A stretch of 54,449 nucleotides of DNA from an uncultured Acidimicrobiia bacterium (GTDB lineage Bacteria; Actinomycetota; Acidimicrobiia; Acidimicrobiales; AC-14), in assembly GCA_963836205.1 (NCBI GenBank), contig CAWIIV010000021.1, positions 1-54,449 on the forward strand, given 5' to 3'. Positions 27,929 to 35,895 of the stretch are shown one piece after another. Under the pieces are notes generated by a model that was given only the letters and a program-made list of their open reading frames with translations, had not been told where the DNA came from and made no database searches. The translations under genes and the position numbers were made by a program. The first letter of the stretch is position 1; each line of letters starts with the position of its first letter.

Positions 27929-29293
27929 CTATACCCACGTCGCGGACTCGGCGGCGCGGGCGGCGCGACCCCGGGCCACGACCTCGTCGACCATCGCCAC
28001 CGCCCCCTCGAGGGCGGGCGCGGCGAGCGCCTCGGCGGCCTCGGCGGGCGTCAGCAGCCCGGCTTCGACCACCGCGTCCACCAGGGAACGGGGTTTGCCG
28101 CCGGGCCCCGGTGCCAGCGCCCGGTGGAGCGCCTCCTGGGCCCTGAGCCGGCCGAGGCGGGCGGTGAGGACGGCCAGGATCCGCTCCGACCCCGAGTCGG
28201 CGTCGGTGCCGACCCGGGCGGCCATGGCCTCGGCGTCGACTTCCAGGCCGGCGAGCAGGTCGATGGCGGTGCGGAGGGCGGCACCGGTGAGCAGGCAGAC
28301 CTCGGGGAACGCCACCCACTCCGCCTTCCACGCCCGGCCGTCGCGCTCGTGCAGCTGCACCATCCCCTCCAGGAGTACCCCCGCGTGGGCCCGTACCAGC
28401 CGGGCGAGGGTGTCGAGGTGCTCGCTGCGCTCGGGGTTGCGCTTGTGGGGCATGGTGATGCTCCCCACCACGTCGGCCGTGGTCGGTTCCCGCAGCTCCC
28501 CGATCTCCGGACGTTGCAGCTCGAAGATCTCGTTGCCGATGCGGGCCAGGGTGGCCGTCACCATGGCCAGCAGCGAGGCGACCTCGGCCAGCCGGTCCCG
28601 CGACGTCAGCCACGAGATGCCGGGATCGTCGAGGCCCAGCTCCGCGCAGAACGCGGCCCGCAGCGCCGGCCCGTCGGCCCCGAAGAAGCCGAGGACGCCG
28701 ACCGCCCCGCCCAGCTGCCCGACCAGCCACCGGGGGCGACCTTCCCGCAGGCGGTCGAGGTGGCGGCGGACCTCGTCGGCCCACGAGGCGGCCTTGAAGC
28801 CGAACGTGATCGGCGCCCCCGGCTGGCCGTGGGTGCGTCCCACCATCGGTGTGTGGCGGTGGCGCTCGGCCAGGTCGAGGAGCAGACCCTCGACGTGGCG
28901 GAGGTCGCGCCACACCGTGCAGGCCACCTCCCGCAGGGCGAGCACGGTCCAGGTGTCGGTGACGTCCTGCACGGTGACGCCCACGTACACGTGCTCGGCC
29001 ACGCCTTCGGGCAGCACCCGGGCCAAACCCCGGATGAGGCCGAGGGTGGAGTGCGACGTGCGCCGGGTCTCGGCGGCCACGAAGTCGAGGTCCAAGCGGT
29101 CGACGAAGGCCCCCTCGGTGATGGCGTCGGCCGCCTCGACGGGCACGATGCCGAGCTTGGCCTGGGCCCGGGCCAGGGCCGCGAGCACGTCGAGCCAGCC
29201 CTGGAGCCGAGCTCGTTCGTCGAACACGGCCCGCAGCTCGTCCGTCCCCCAGAGGTGGGCGTAGAGCTCGGAGTCGGTTATGCGGGCGCCCAC
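27929..29293 (-). CDS. Adenylosuccinate lyase-like aspartase/fumarase-superfamily enzyme (Xcb-like)
   Basis: TVQDVTDT, GRTHGQ, GQLGGAVG, GSITMPHKRNP, HERD. Confidence 0.88.
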   Translation of the reverse strand: MGARITDSELYAHLWGTDELRAVFDERARLQGWLDVLAALARAQAKLGIVPVEAADAITEGAFVDRLDLDFVAAETRRTSHSTLGLIRGLARVLPEGVAEHVYVGVTVQDVTDTWTVLALREVACTVWRDLRHVEGLLLDLAERHRHTPMVGRTHGQPGAPITFGFKAASWADEVRRHLDRLREGRPRWLVGQLGGAVGVLGFFGADGPALRAAFCAELGLDDPGISWLTSRDRLAEVASLLAMVTATLARIGNEIFELQRPEIGELREPTTADVVGSITMPHKRNPERSEHLDTLARLVRAHAGVLLEGMVQLHERDGRAWKAEWVAFPEVCLLTGAALRTAIDLLAGLEVDAEAMAARVGTDADSGSERILAVLTARLGRLRAQEALHRALAPGPGGKPRSLVDAVVEAGLLTPAEAAEALAAPALEGAVAMVDEVVARGRAARAAESATWV

Positions 29294-30174
29294 GCCGGTT
29301 CCTCGGCCGCCGCCAGCCGGGCGAGGGCCCGTCCCACCAGTTCGAGCGAGGCGCCCCACGGCACCACGGCCACGCCCGGCTCGTCGGCGTTGTGGTCCTC
29401 CAGCAGGCAGCACTTGGTGAGGAGCGGGCCGCCTCCTTCGCCGTCGCCGGCTGGGAACAGGCGCCGGGGGCAGGTGTCGACCGTCTCGGGGACGTCGCCG
29501 TAGAACCACTCGTGGATGGCCCGCGACCTGGCACACCCGAGCAGTGTCCAGTCGGCCCGCTCGGGGTGCTGGTCGAGGAAGTCGACCGAGGCGCTGTCGA
29601 CCTCGATGCCCGACCCCTTGCACGGAAGCAGGTACCGGGCCGACGGCCTCGACCGGGCCAGCTCCACCAGGTCGACCACGTCGGGCACCAGCTCGATGGG
29701 AGGGAGATCCTCGGCCATGGCCAGCACCCGCCGGGCCTGGTCGAGGAGCTTGGCCGGCGCCGGCGGTTCCACGTCGCCCACACGGATGCGGACGGGCCGG
29801 GGGTCGAGGATGAAGCTCACGTGCCGGTAGCGGCCCTCCACCACCACACACCGGGCCGCGGGCGCCTGCTCCCGGGCCACCGCGGCCAGGGACGAGGGGA
29901 TGCCCGTGTCGACGGCGGGGTCGACCACGTAGGCGCACTCGTGGGGGAGGGCGAGGACGTCGACCGCCTTCACCGGGGCGAACAGGGCACCGTCGTCGGG
30001 ATGGTCGACCTCGACCACCGCGGTGGCGCCACCGCCGTTGCGGACCACCACGAACCTGGTGTGGCGGTACACCACCCGTCCGAGGAAGTGGGCGGTGAGC
30101 CCGTCGGCGGTGAGGGGGACGTCGACCGTCGCCACCGACACCTTCCGGTACTGACCGGGCACCAGGTTGGCCAC
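29278..30174 (-). CDS. Cys-rich hypothetical protein in the comA operon
   Basis: GGAGG SD; motifs YLLPCKGSG, LLGCARS..IH, DTCPR, LTKCCLLE. Confidence 0.78.
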   Translation of the reverse strand: MANLVPGQYRKVSVATVDVPLTADGLTAHFLGRVVYRHTRFVVVRNGGGATAVVEVDHPDDGALFAPVKAVDVLALPHECAYVVDPAVDTGIPSSLAAVAREQAPAARCVVVEGRYRHVSFILDPRPVRIRVGDVEPPAPAKLLDQARRVLAMAEDLPPIELVPDVVDLVELARSRPSARYLLPCKGSGIEVDSASVDFLDQHPERADWTLLGCARSRAIHEWFYGDVPETVDTCPRRLFPAGDGEGGGPLLTKCCLLEDHNADEPGVAVVPWGASLELVGRALARLAAAEEPAWAPA

Positions 30175-30185
30175 GCCGCTGCCTC

Positions 30186-30974
30186 CTACCGCCGGGCGGT
30201 GGGAACCGGTACCCGCCCGATCGACAGCTCGATGGTGTCCGCTCGCAGCCCGAGGCGCAACGTCTCCAGGCCCAACACCTCGGCCACCGCGATGTTGGCC
30301 AGGTTGACCTCGGAGCCGAAGCGGCGGATGAACCACGCCTGCTGGTCCTTGCGGGGCGCCTCGAACACCAGCCGCTCCACGCCGCCGGCGGCCACCGCCG
30401 CGGCCAGGACGTCCTCCCGCACGCTCCCGTCGTCGTTGTAGATGCCGACGGTGCCGCTCTCCCGGCCCTCGGTGAGCACCCACCGGGCGCCCGCCGCCAG
30501 GTCGCCGGCGACCTCGTCCGCCCACTGCCCGGGCGGCATGCGGGCGACCCGGCTCTTGGCCCCCACCTCCGACAGGATGGTGAACCCCGACGCCGCCACC
30601 CGGATCAGCTCGTGCTTCTCGTCGACGGTCATCGCCGCCGCCCCCCGGGACACCTCGATGCACGGGAAGCCGGCGCCCGCGGCCCAGTCGAGCAGGTGGT
30701 CGGCCCGGCGCTGGCTCCAGGCCACTTCGAGCAGCGTCCCCCCGAGGCAGCCGAGCACGCCGTGATGGCCGAGGAGGGCGAGCTTGGCCTCCACGTGCGG
30801 GTCGACGTAGGCGGTGCCCCAGCCGAACTTCCACACGTCGACGTAGGCGCCGCACGTCGCCAGCAGGTTGCCGACCTCGGCCGGCGTGAGACCCTTGTCG
30901 AGGACGTGGGTGAGCCCGACGAGGCGGGGCTTGGCCGACCGCTCGGGCAGGTCGAGGGGAAACGGCGCGGTCAT
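30186..30974 (-). CDS. comA: Phosphosulfolactate synthase (ComA/XcbB)
   Basis: KPR..GLTHVLDKG, KFGWGT, GGTLLE, IEVSRG, SEVG.K, EGRESG..G, FEAP.K.QQ, VNLANI, LETLRLGLRADT. Confidence 0.95.
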   Translation of the reverse strand: MTAPFPLDLPERSAKPRLVGLTHVLDKGLTPAEVGNLLATCGAYVDVWKFGWGTAYVDPHVEAKLALLGHHGVLGCLGGTLLEVAWSQRRADHLLDWAAGAGFPCIEVSRGAAAMTVDEKHELIRVAASGFTILSEVGAKSRVARMPPGQWADEVAGDLAAGARWVLTEGRESGTVGIYNDDGSVREDVLAAAVAAGGVERLVFEAPRKDQQAWFIRRFGSEVNLANIAVAEVLGLETLRLGLRADTIELSIGRVPVPTARR

Positions 30975-30995
30975 CGCATCCTATGGTAAAGAGGT

Positions 30996-31011
30996 GTCTA
31001 CTTTAGTGCAA
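30996..31011. promoter_or_regulatory. Putative operator box 2 (GTCTACTTTAGTGCAA)
   Basis: Lies in the 31-bp divergent comA/AIRS-like gap and overlaps the GTG at 31006; 10/16 identical to box 1. Confidence 0.5.
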
Positions 31012-31971
31012 GATATCGAGGCGCTGGCGGCGGCGGTCCGGGCCTTCCCCGGCCTGCGCAACAAGGCTCCCATCGCCATGGTGTCCGAGGTCTTCGGGGC
31101 GACCGACTGGCTCTCGGGACCGGGCGACGACGGCGCCCTGGTCGGAGGCGACCTGGTCGTCGGCGGCGAGGCCATCGCCCCTTCCTTCGTGGCCCACGAC
31201 CCCTTCGGGGCGGGGGTGGCGGCGGTGCTGGCCAACGTCAACGACCTGGCGGCCATGGGGGCGGTGCCGGTGGCCATCGTCGACACCGTGGTGGCGACGG
31301 CCGACGTGGCCCGCCTGGCCCTGGAGGGCATGCGGTACGCGGCCCGCCTGTACGACGTGCCGGTGGTGGGCGGCCACCTCACGTTGCACGACGGGCCGGC
31401 CGCCATCTCCGCCTTCGGCCTGGGTCGGCTGGCGGGAGGGCCGTCGTCGGTGTTGTCGGTGACCCGGGCCGCGGCCGGACAACGCCTGGTGGTGGCCGCC
31501 GTCACCGACGGGACGATGCGGGACGACTTCCCCTTCTTCCGCTCGTTCGACGAGCGCGACATCCTGCTGGCGGGCGACGTGCGCACGCTGGCGTCGGTGG
31601 CCGCGGCCGGGTCGTGCGTGGCGGCCAAGGACGTGAGCATGGCCGGCCTGATCGGCTCGCTGGCCATGCTGCTGGAGGCCAACCGCCTGGGCGTCACCGT
31701 CGGCCTCGACGCCTTGCCGGTGCCGGCCGGGGTCGACCTCACCCGGTGGCTCACGTGCTTCCCGTGCTTCGCCTTCCTCCTGTGCGTCCCCGCCGGCCGG
31801 GAGGACGACTGCCTGGGCGCCTTCCACACCCGGGGGATCTCGGCCGCCGTCGTCGGCACCCTCGACGGGACCGGACAGGTGGCGCTGCGTGGGGGCGGCC
31901 GCACCGCCGTCGTCCTCGACCTAACCTCCGAGACCGTCACCGGCCTGGCGGGCGACAAGGGAGGAACGCAG
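31006..31971 (+). CDS. AIR synthase/SelD/HypE-like protein (sll0787/NitF family); reads in frame into the downstream small domain
   Basis: GPGDDGA, ANVNDLAAMG, VPVVGGH, AAKDVSMAGLIGSL.MLLE, WLTCFP. Confidence 0.85.
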
Positions 31972-32199
31972 GTGAGCCAATCCGACACCGAGGCGCTCCG
32001 GCAGCAGCTCCTGGCCGGCGACGAGCACTTCGCCGCCCTGGCCGCGGAGCACGCCGGTTACGAGGAGCGCCTGGCCGAGCTGCGCGCCCTGCCGTACCCG
32101 ACCGTCGACGAGGAGGTCGAGGAGAAGACCCTCAAGAAGAAGAAGCTCGCCCTCAAGGACGAGATGGAGGTCATCCTCCGCCGCCACGGCGGCGGCTGA
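31972..32199 (+). CDS. DUF465/YdcH-like small coiled-coil protein (own SD, but in frame with the upstream ORF)
   Basis: HFAAL..EH..YEERL...LKKKKLALKDEM; GGAGG lies 7 nt before GTG 31972. Confidence 0.7.
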   Translation: MSQSDTEALRQQLLAGDEHFAALAAEHAGYEERLAELRALPYPTVDEEVEEKTLKKKKLALKDEMEVILRRHGGG

Positions 32200-32231
32200 C
32201 GGCCGGCCGGTGGCCGGAGCGTGAGTCGTGA

Positions 32232-32258
32232 AGTTATGTGGGATATACCGACACAACT
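32232..32258. terminator. AT-rich imperfect hairpin between convergent genes (REP/terminator-like)
   Basis: AGTTATGTGGG-ATATA-CCGACACAACT. Confidence 0.4.
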
Positions 32259-32282
32259 GCACAACCAACGTGCGCGGTCGGG

Positions 32283-32837
32283 TCAGGCGGGGGCGAGGGT
32301 GGCGAGGGCCTGTTGGCAGGCGTCGTCCATGCGGGAGCGGTGATTCGGGGTCGACTGGCAGTTGATCTGGTACTGGATGTCGCCGTCGAAGACGAACGTG
32401 AGGTCGGACTCGCCCTCGGCTGGCGGCTCCACCGGCACGTCGACGTACTGGAAGGCGAAGAATCCCCCGACGGTGGTCCGCTCGCCGGTGACCTCGGTGT
32501 CGACCAGTTCGGTCACCACCCCGTCGAGCTCGACCTGGACGTCGTCGAGGTTGTCCTCGGTGACAGGCGCGGCCAGCTCGTAGCGGCTGATGAAGATGGC
32601 GTTGTCGTCGTCGATCCCGACCCCCTGGTCGGCGGTCGACTCCCCGCCCGCGCTCCGGTCGACCTCGGTGACGTCGCCCAGCCGGAAGTCGGCCGGGTAC
32701 TCGAACGTGATCCCGAAGCGGTCGTCGTCAAACGTGGTGGTGTCGGCCTCGGCGGCCTCGTCGTCGTCGCCACCTCCGCAACCGACCATCAGCAGGACAG
32801 ACACCGCCACCACGAGCAGACGCCGGACCCCAGTCAT
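32283..32837 (-). CDS. Acidic lipoprotein (PsbP-like fold possible)
   Basis: LMVGC lipobox; FGITFEYP; last gene of the radical SAM-GNAT transcript. Confidence 0.75.
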   Translation of the reverse strand: MTGVRRLLVVAVSVLLMVGCGGGDDDEAAEADTTTFDDDRFGITFEYPADFRLGDVTEVDRSAGGESTADQGVGIDDDNAIFISRYELAAPVTEDNLDDVQVELDGVVTELVDTEVTGERTTVGGFFAFQYVDVPVEPPAEGESDLTFVFDGDIQYQINCQSTPNHRSRMDDACQQALATLAPA

Positions 32838-32847
32838 GGCAACGATC

Positions 32848-33324
32848 TTACGGACGGAACGGGCGCAGGTCGATGGCCATGGGCTGGTGGGTGACCCCGA
32901 CGTAGGTCTCCACTTCGCCGTAGGTGTGCCAGCCGATCTTCTCGAAGAAGGCGACGTTGGGCAGTTGGATGTGGGCCACCATCTCCCGCCCGCCCCGGGC
33001 CGCGGCGGTCACCACCGCGAATCGCACGAGGGGCGCCCCCATCCCCAGCCGGAAGCCGGGCAGCACGGCCAGCCGGTCGCCCTGCCACAACCCGTCGGCC
33101 GGGTCGAGTGGAAACAATCGGACGACGCCCACCGCCACCCCGTCGCACAGGCCCAGGGCGTGGACGGTGTCGGGAGCGGCGTCGTGGCTGTCGACGTCGG
33201 ACCCGTCGAACAGCCCCTGCTCCTCCACGAACACCTGGTGACGGATGCGGTGGTGGGTCTCCAGCTCCTCCGGCGTCGCAGCCGGGAAGCAGAGCGCCTT
33301 CCGGCGGACCGGCGTGATCGTCAT
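32848..33324 (-). CDS. MSMEG_0567 N-terminal/Sll0786 (NitE-like) GNAT acetyltransferase
   Basis: HHRIRHQVFVEEQGLF..SD.D, GVVRL, W.GDRLAV, LVRFAV, AHIQ..NV.FF..IGW. Confidence 0.88.
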   Translation of the reverse strand: MTITPVRRKALCFPAATPEELETHHRIRHQVFVEEQGLFDGSDVDSHDAAPDTVHALGLCDGVAVGVVRLFPLDPADGLWQGDRLAVLPGFRLGMGAPLVRFAVVTAAARGGREMVAHIQLPNVAFFEKIGWHTYGEVETYVGVTHQPMAIDLRPFRP

Positions 33325-34475
33325 CGCACGCGGGTGGGGGAGAGGCTCACCGCCGCTGCGGCTGCCGCCCGTTCCATCGACCCCATGGCCGAGCACGCCT
33401 GGCACCGGGCGCAGCCGGCGGCCACCCCTTGCGACCCGAGCCCCCGGGCGGTCAGATAGGGCACCACCTGGCGGTAGATCGTCTCGGTGTACTCGGCCGA
33501 GGGCGGACGGCAGTCCTCCAGCAGCGACCCCGCGATGGGCCGCAGGGGCACCACGAACGGGTAGACACCCATGTCGATGGCCCGCTTGCACCCGGCCACG
33601 GTCAAAGCCGGGTCCTCGCCCATCCCGAGGATCACGTACGTCGACACCTGCCCCTCGCCGAACAACGAGACGGCCCGCGCCCACGCCCCGAAGTACCCCT
33701 CGATCCCCGTGCGGGCCTTGGCCGGGGCGATGCGGGCCAGCACCACCGGGTCGAACGACTCCACGTGGATGCCGACCGAGTCGACGCCCATGTCGTGGAC
33801 CCGGTCGATCACGTCGAGGTGGCCGGGGTCGGGCGGCTCGAACTGCACCTCCACCGGCAGCCCGGCCGCCTCCTTCACCGCCTTGCCGCAGGCGGCCACG
33901 TACAGCGCCCCCTTGTCGACACCGGCAGTGCTGCCCGTCGTCAAGGTCGCGTCGACGGCCCCGTCGAGCTCCTTGGCCGCCACCGCCACCTCGGCCAGCT
34001 GCTCGGGACGCTTCTTGGCGATGGTGCGGCCCCCCGTCAGCGACAGCCCGATCCCGCAGAAGGCGCACTGGTCGTCGTTGCCCCAGTAGGCGCACGTCTG
34101 GAGGACGGTGCTGGCCAGCGAGTCGAGGTGGAGGAGGGCGATCTTCCAGTAGGGGATGCCGTCGGCGGTGGACAGGTCGTAGTAGCGGGGACGGGCGGCG
34201 CCGGTGGCGGCGGCCAGGCGTACGCCGTCGCGCCAGATCCCGAACCCATCGTCCTCCGGGCGCAGGACGTAGGGCGACGAGCGGGCGAAGTCGGTGTCGG
34301 TGGGCACGGTGACGGCCACGCCCTCGATCCAGAGCATCCCCGAGTCGCTGGGACCGGCCCCGCCCCGCCGTCCCTCCAGCCCGCCACCCCGCGCGTCGCC
34401 CAGCTCCAACCGCAGGCCCGCGCTCTGCAGCTCGGTGATGAGGACGGCCAGGTCGCCGGTAGAGGTGGCGGTCAC
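33321..34475 (-). CDS. MSMEG_0568 (NitD-like) radical SAM protein
   Basis: RRGGAGPSD, TADGIPYWKIALLH, LASTVLQTC-x8-CAFC, GVYPFVVPLRP, C-terminal AGCARCQAC. Confidence 0.92.
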   Translation of the reverse strand: MTATSTGDLAVLITELQSAGLRLELGDARGGGLEGRRGGAGPSDSGMLWIEGVAVTVPTDTDFARSSPYVLRPEDDGFGIWRDGVRLAAATGAARPRYYDLSTADGIPYWKIALLHLDSLASTVLQTCAYWGNDDQCAFCGIGLSLTGGRTIAKKRPEQLAEVAVAAKELDGAVDATLTTGSTAGVDKGALYVAACGKAVKEAAGLPVEVQFEPPDPGHLDVIDRVHDMGVDSVGIHVESFDPVVLARIAPAKARTGIEGYFGAWARAVSLFGEGQVSTYVILGMGEDPALTVAGCKRAIDMGVYPFVVPLRPIAGSLLEDCRPPSAEYTETIYRQVVPYLTARGLGSQGVAAGCARCQACSAMGSMERAAAAAAVSLSPTRVR

Positions 34476-34843
34476 GGCGAGACCCCGCCCCGCTTGGCCG
34501 CCAGCTCCCGGTAGACGATCGAGCAGGCCGCCCCCGCGATCATGGACAGGTCGATCACCGTGGCCGTCTCGGGGTCGAACGACGCCAGCCGCTGGGCCAG
34601 CTCCCGAGCCGCGCCGTCGGCCGCGGCCAGGGCCGTCAGGTCGGGACAGGTGGCCCGCAGCTGCTCCGCCACCCGGCCCACCAGCGACACCACCGTCTCG
34701 TACCGCTCGGGCATCACCATGACCACCGGGTAGAGCCGCTCCTCGGCCTGGAACCACCGCCACAGCACCTCCGCGGGCACCTCCGGGTCGCGGAACGGGC
34801 CGGCCCATGGCGTCTGCGGAGAGGGAGCGTCGGTGCCGCTCAT
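34472..34843 (-). CDS. Hypothetical protein, first gene of the radical SAM operon
   Basis: 123 aa; GTGA-coupled to the radical SAM; W..AEERLYP motif. Confidence 0.72.
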   Translation of the reverse strand: MSGTDAPSPQTPWAGPFRDPEVPAEVLWRWFQAEERLYPVVMVMPERYETVVSLVGRVAEQLRATCPDLTALAAADGAARELAQRLASFDPETATVIDLSMIAGAACSIVYRELAAKRGGVSP

Positions 34844-34855
34844 GGCAGGAAAAGC

Positions 34856-34871
34856 CTACACTATGATGGAC
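34856..34871. promoter_or_regulatory. Putative operator box 3 (minus strand GTCCATCATAGTGTAG)
   Basis: In the divergent gap between the radical SAM and carbamate kinase operons; 11/16 identical to box 1. Confidence 0.6.
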
Positions 34872-34908
34872 GTAAATTTCTGATCGTCTCATCCCGGAGG
34901 GGAGACGG

Positions 34909-35895
34909 ATGGCCAAGACCGCGGTGGTGGCGCTGGGGGGGAACGCACTCACCCGGGAGGGGCAGGCCGGCACCTACGCCGAGCTCCAGGCCAACGCCAC
35001 CATGATGGCCCGCTCCGTCTGCTCCCTGCTCCGCACCGGCTGGCGGGTGGTCGTGGTCCACGGCAACGGTCCCCAGGTGGGCAACCTCGCCATCCAGCAG
35101 GAGGAGGGGGCCGGCCTGGTGCCGGCCCAGCCCCTGTTCTCCCTGGGGGCCATGACCGAGGGCCAGCTGGGCAGCCTCATCTGCCTCGCCCTCCGGGAGC
35201 AGGGCAAGCCCGAGTGGATGCGAGGGGCGGTGGCCCTCGTCACCCACGTGTCGGTGCAGCCCGACGACCCCGCTTTCGAGAACCCGACCAAGCCCATCGG
35301 CCCCTTCCTCACCGCCGAGGAGGCGGAGACGATGGGGGCGGCCCGGGGGTGGGTGGTCAAGCCCGACGCCGGGCGGGGGTTCCGGCGGGTCGTCCCGTCC
35401 CCCCAGCCGGTCACCATCCTGGAGACGCCGGCCATCCGGGCCCTTCTTGAGGCGGGCCAGGTGGTGGTGGCCGCCGGCGGCGGGGGCGTGCCGGTGGTGC
35501 GGTCGGAGAACGGCTTCCGCGGCATCGACGCCGTGATCGACAAGGACTACGCCGCCCAGCAGCTGGCCACGTCGCTGGCGGCCGACGCCCTGGTGCTGGT
35601 CACCGGCGTCGAGCTCGTCCAGCTCCACTACGGCACGCCCCAGCAGGTGCCCATCCACGAGATGACGGTGGCGGAGGCCGAGGCCTACCTGGAGGTGGGG
35701 GAGTTCCCCGAGGGGAGCATGGGACCCAAGGTGCGGGCCGCCACGCGGTTCCTGCGCCGGGGCGGCGAGGTGGCGGTGATCACCACCGCCCAGCTGGTCT
35801 ACGCCTCGCTGGAAGGAACGGTGTCGGAGCTGGAGGGGATCACCGGTACCCGAATCGTGCGGATGCGGCCACTGGTGGCGGCGGCGGGCGCATGA
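34909..35895 (+). CDS. arcC: Carbamate kinase
   Basis: VVALGGNAL, HGNGPQVG, NPTKPIGP, RRVVPSPQP, AGGGGVPV, AVIDKD, GSMGPKV. Confidence 0.96.
   Translation: MAKTAVVALGGNALTREGQAGTYAELQANATMMARSVCSLLRTGWRVVVVHGNGPQVGNLAIQQEEGAGLVPAQPLFSLGAMTEGQLGSLICLALREQGKPEWMRGAVALVTHVSVQPDDPAFENPTKPIGPFLTAEEAETMGAARGWVVKPDAGRGFRRVVPSPQPVTILETPAIRALLEAGQVVVAAGGGGVPVVRSENGFRGIDAVIDKDYAAQQLATSLAADALVLVTGVELVQLHYGTPQQVPIHEMTVAEAEAYLEVGEFPEGSMGPKVRAATRFLRRGGEVAVITTAQLVYASLEGTVSELEGITGTRIVRMRPLVAAAGA

Noticed and set aside
25380-29293. Housekeeping argH and purB
   Set aside because: Divergent motifs (LHAGRPR; GSITMP) and position in the comA operon; no arg or pur neighbours.
31006-31971. Selenophosphate synthetase / selenium system
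   Set aside because: No N-terminal catalytic Cys/Sec-x-x-Lys motif and no selenoprotein machinery in the window.
34909-35895. Arginine deiminase pathway
   Set aside because: No arcA, arcB or arcD; the kinase is coupled to fdrA.
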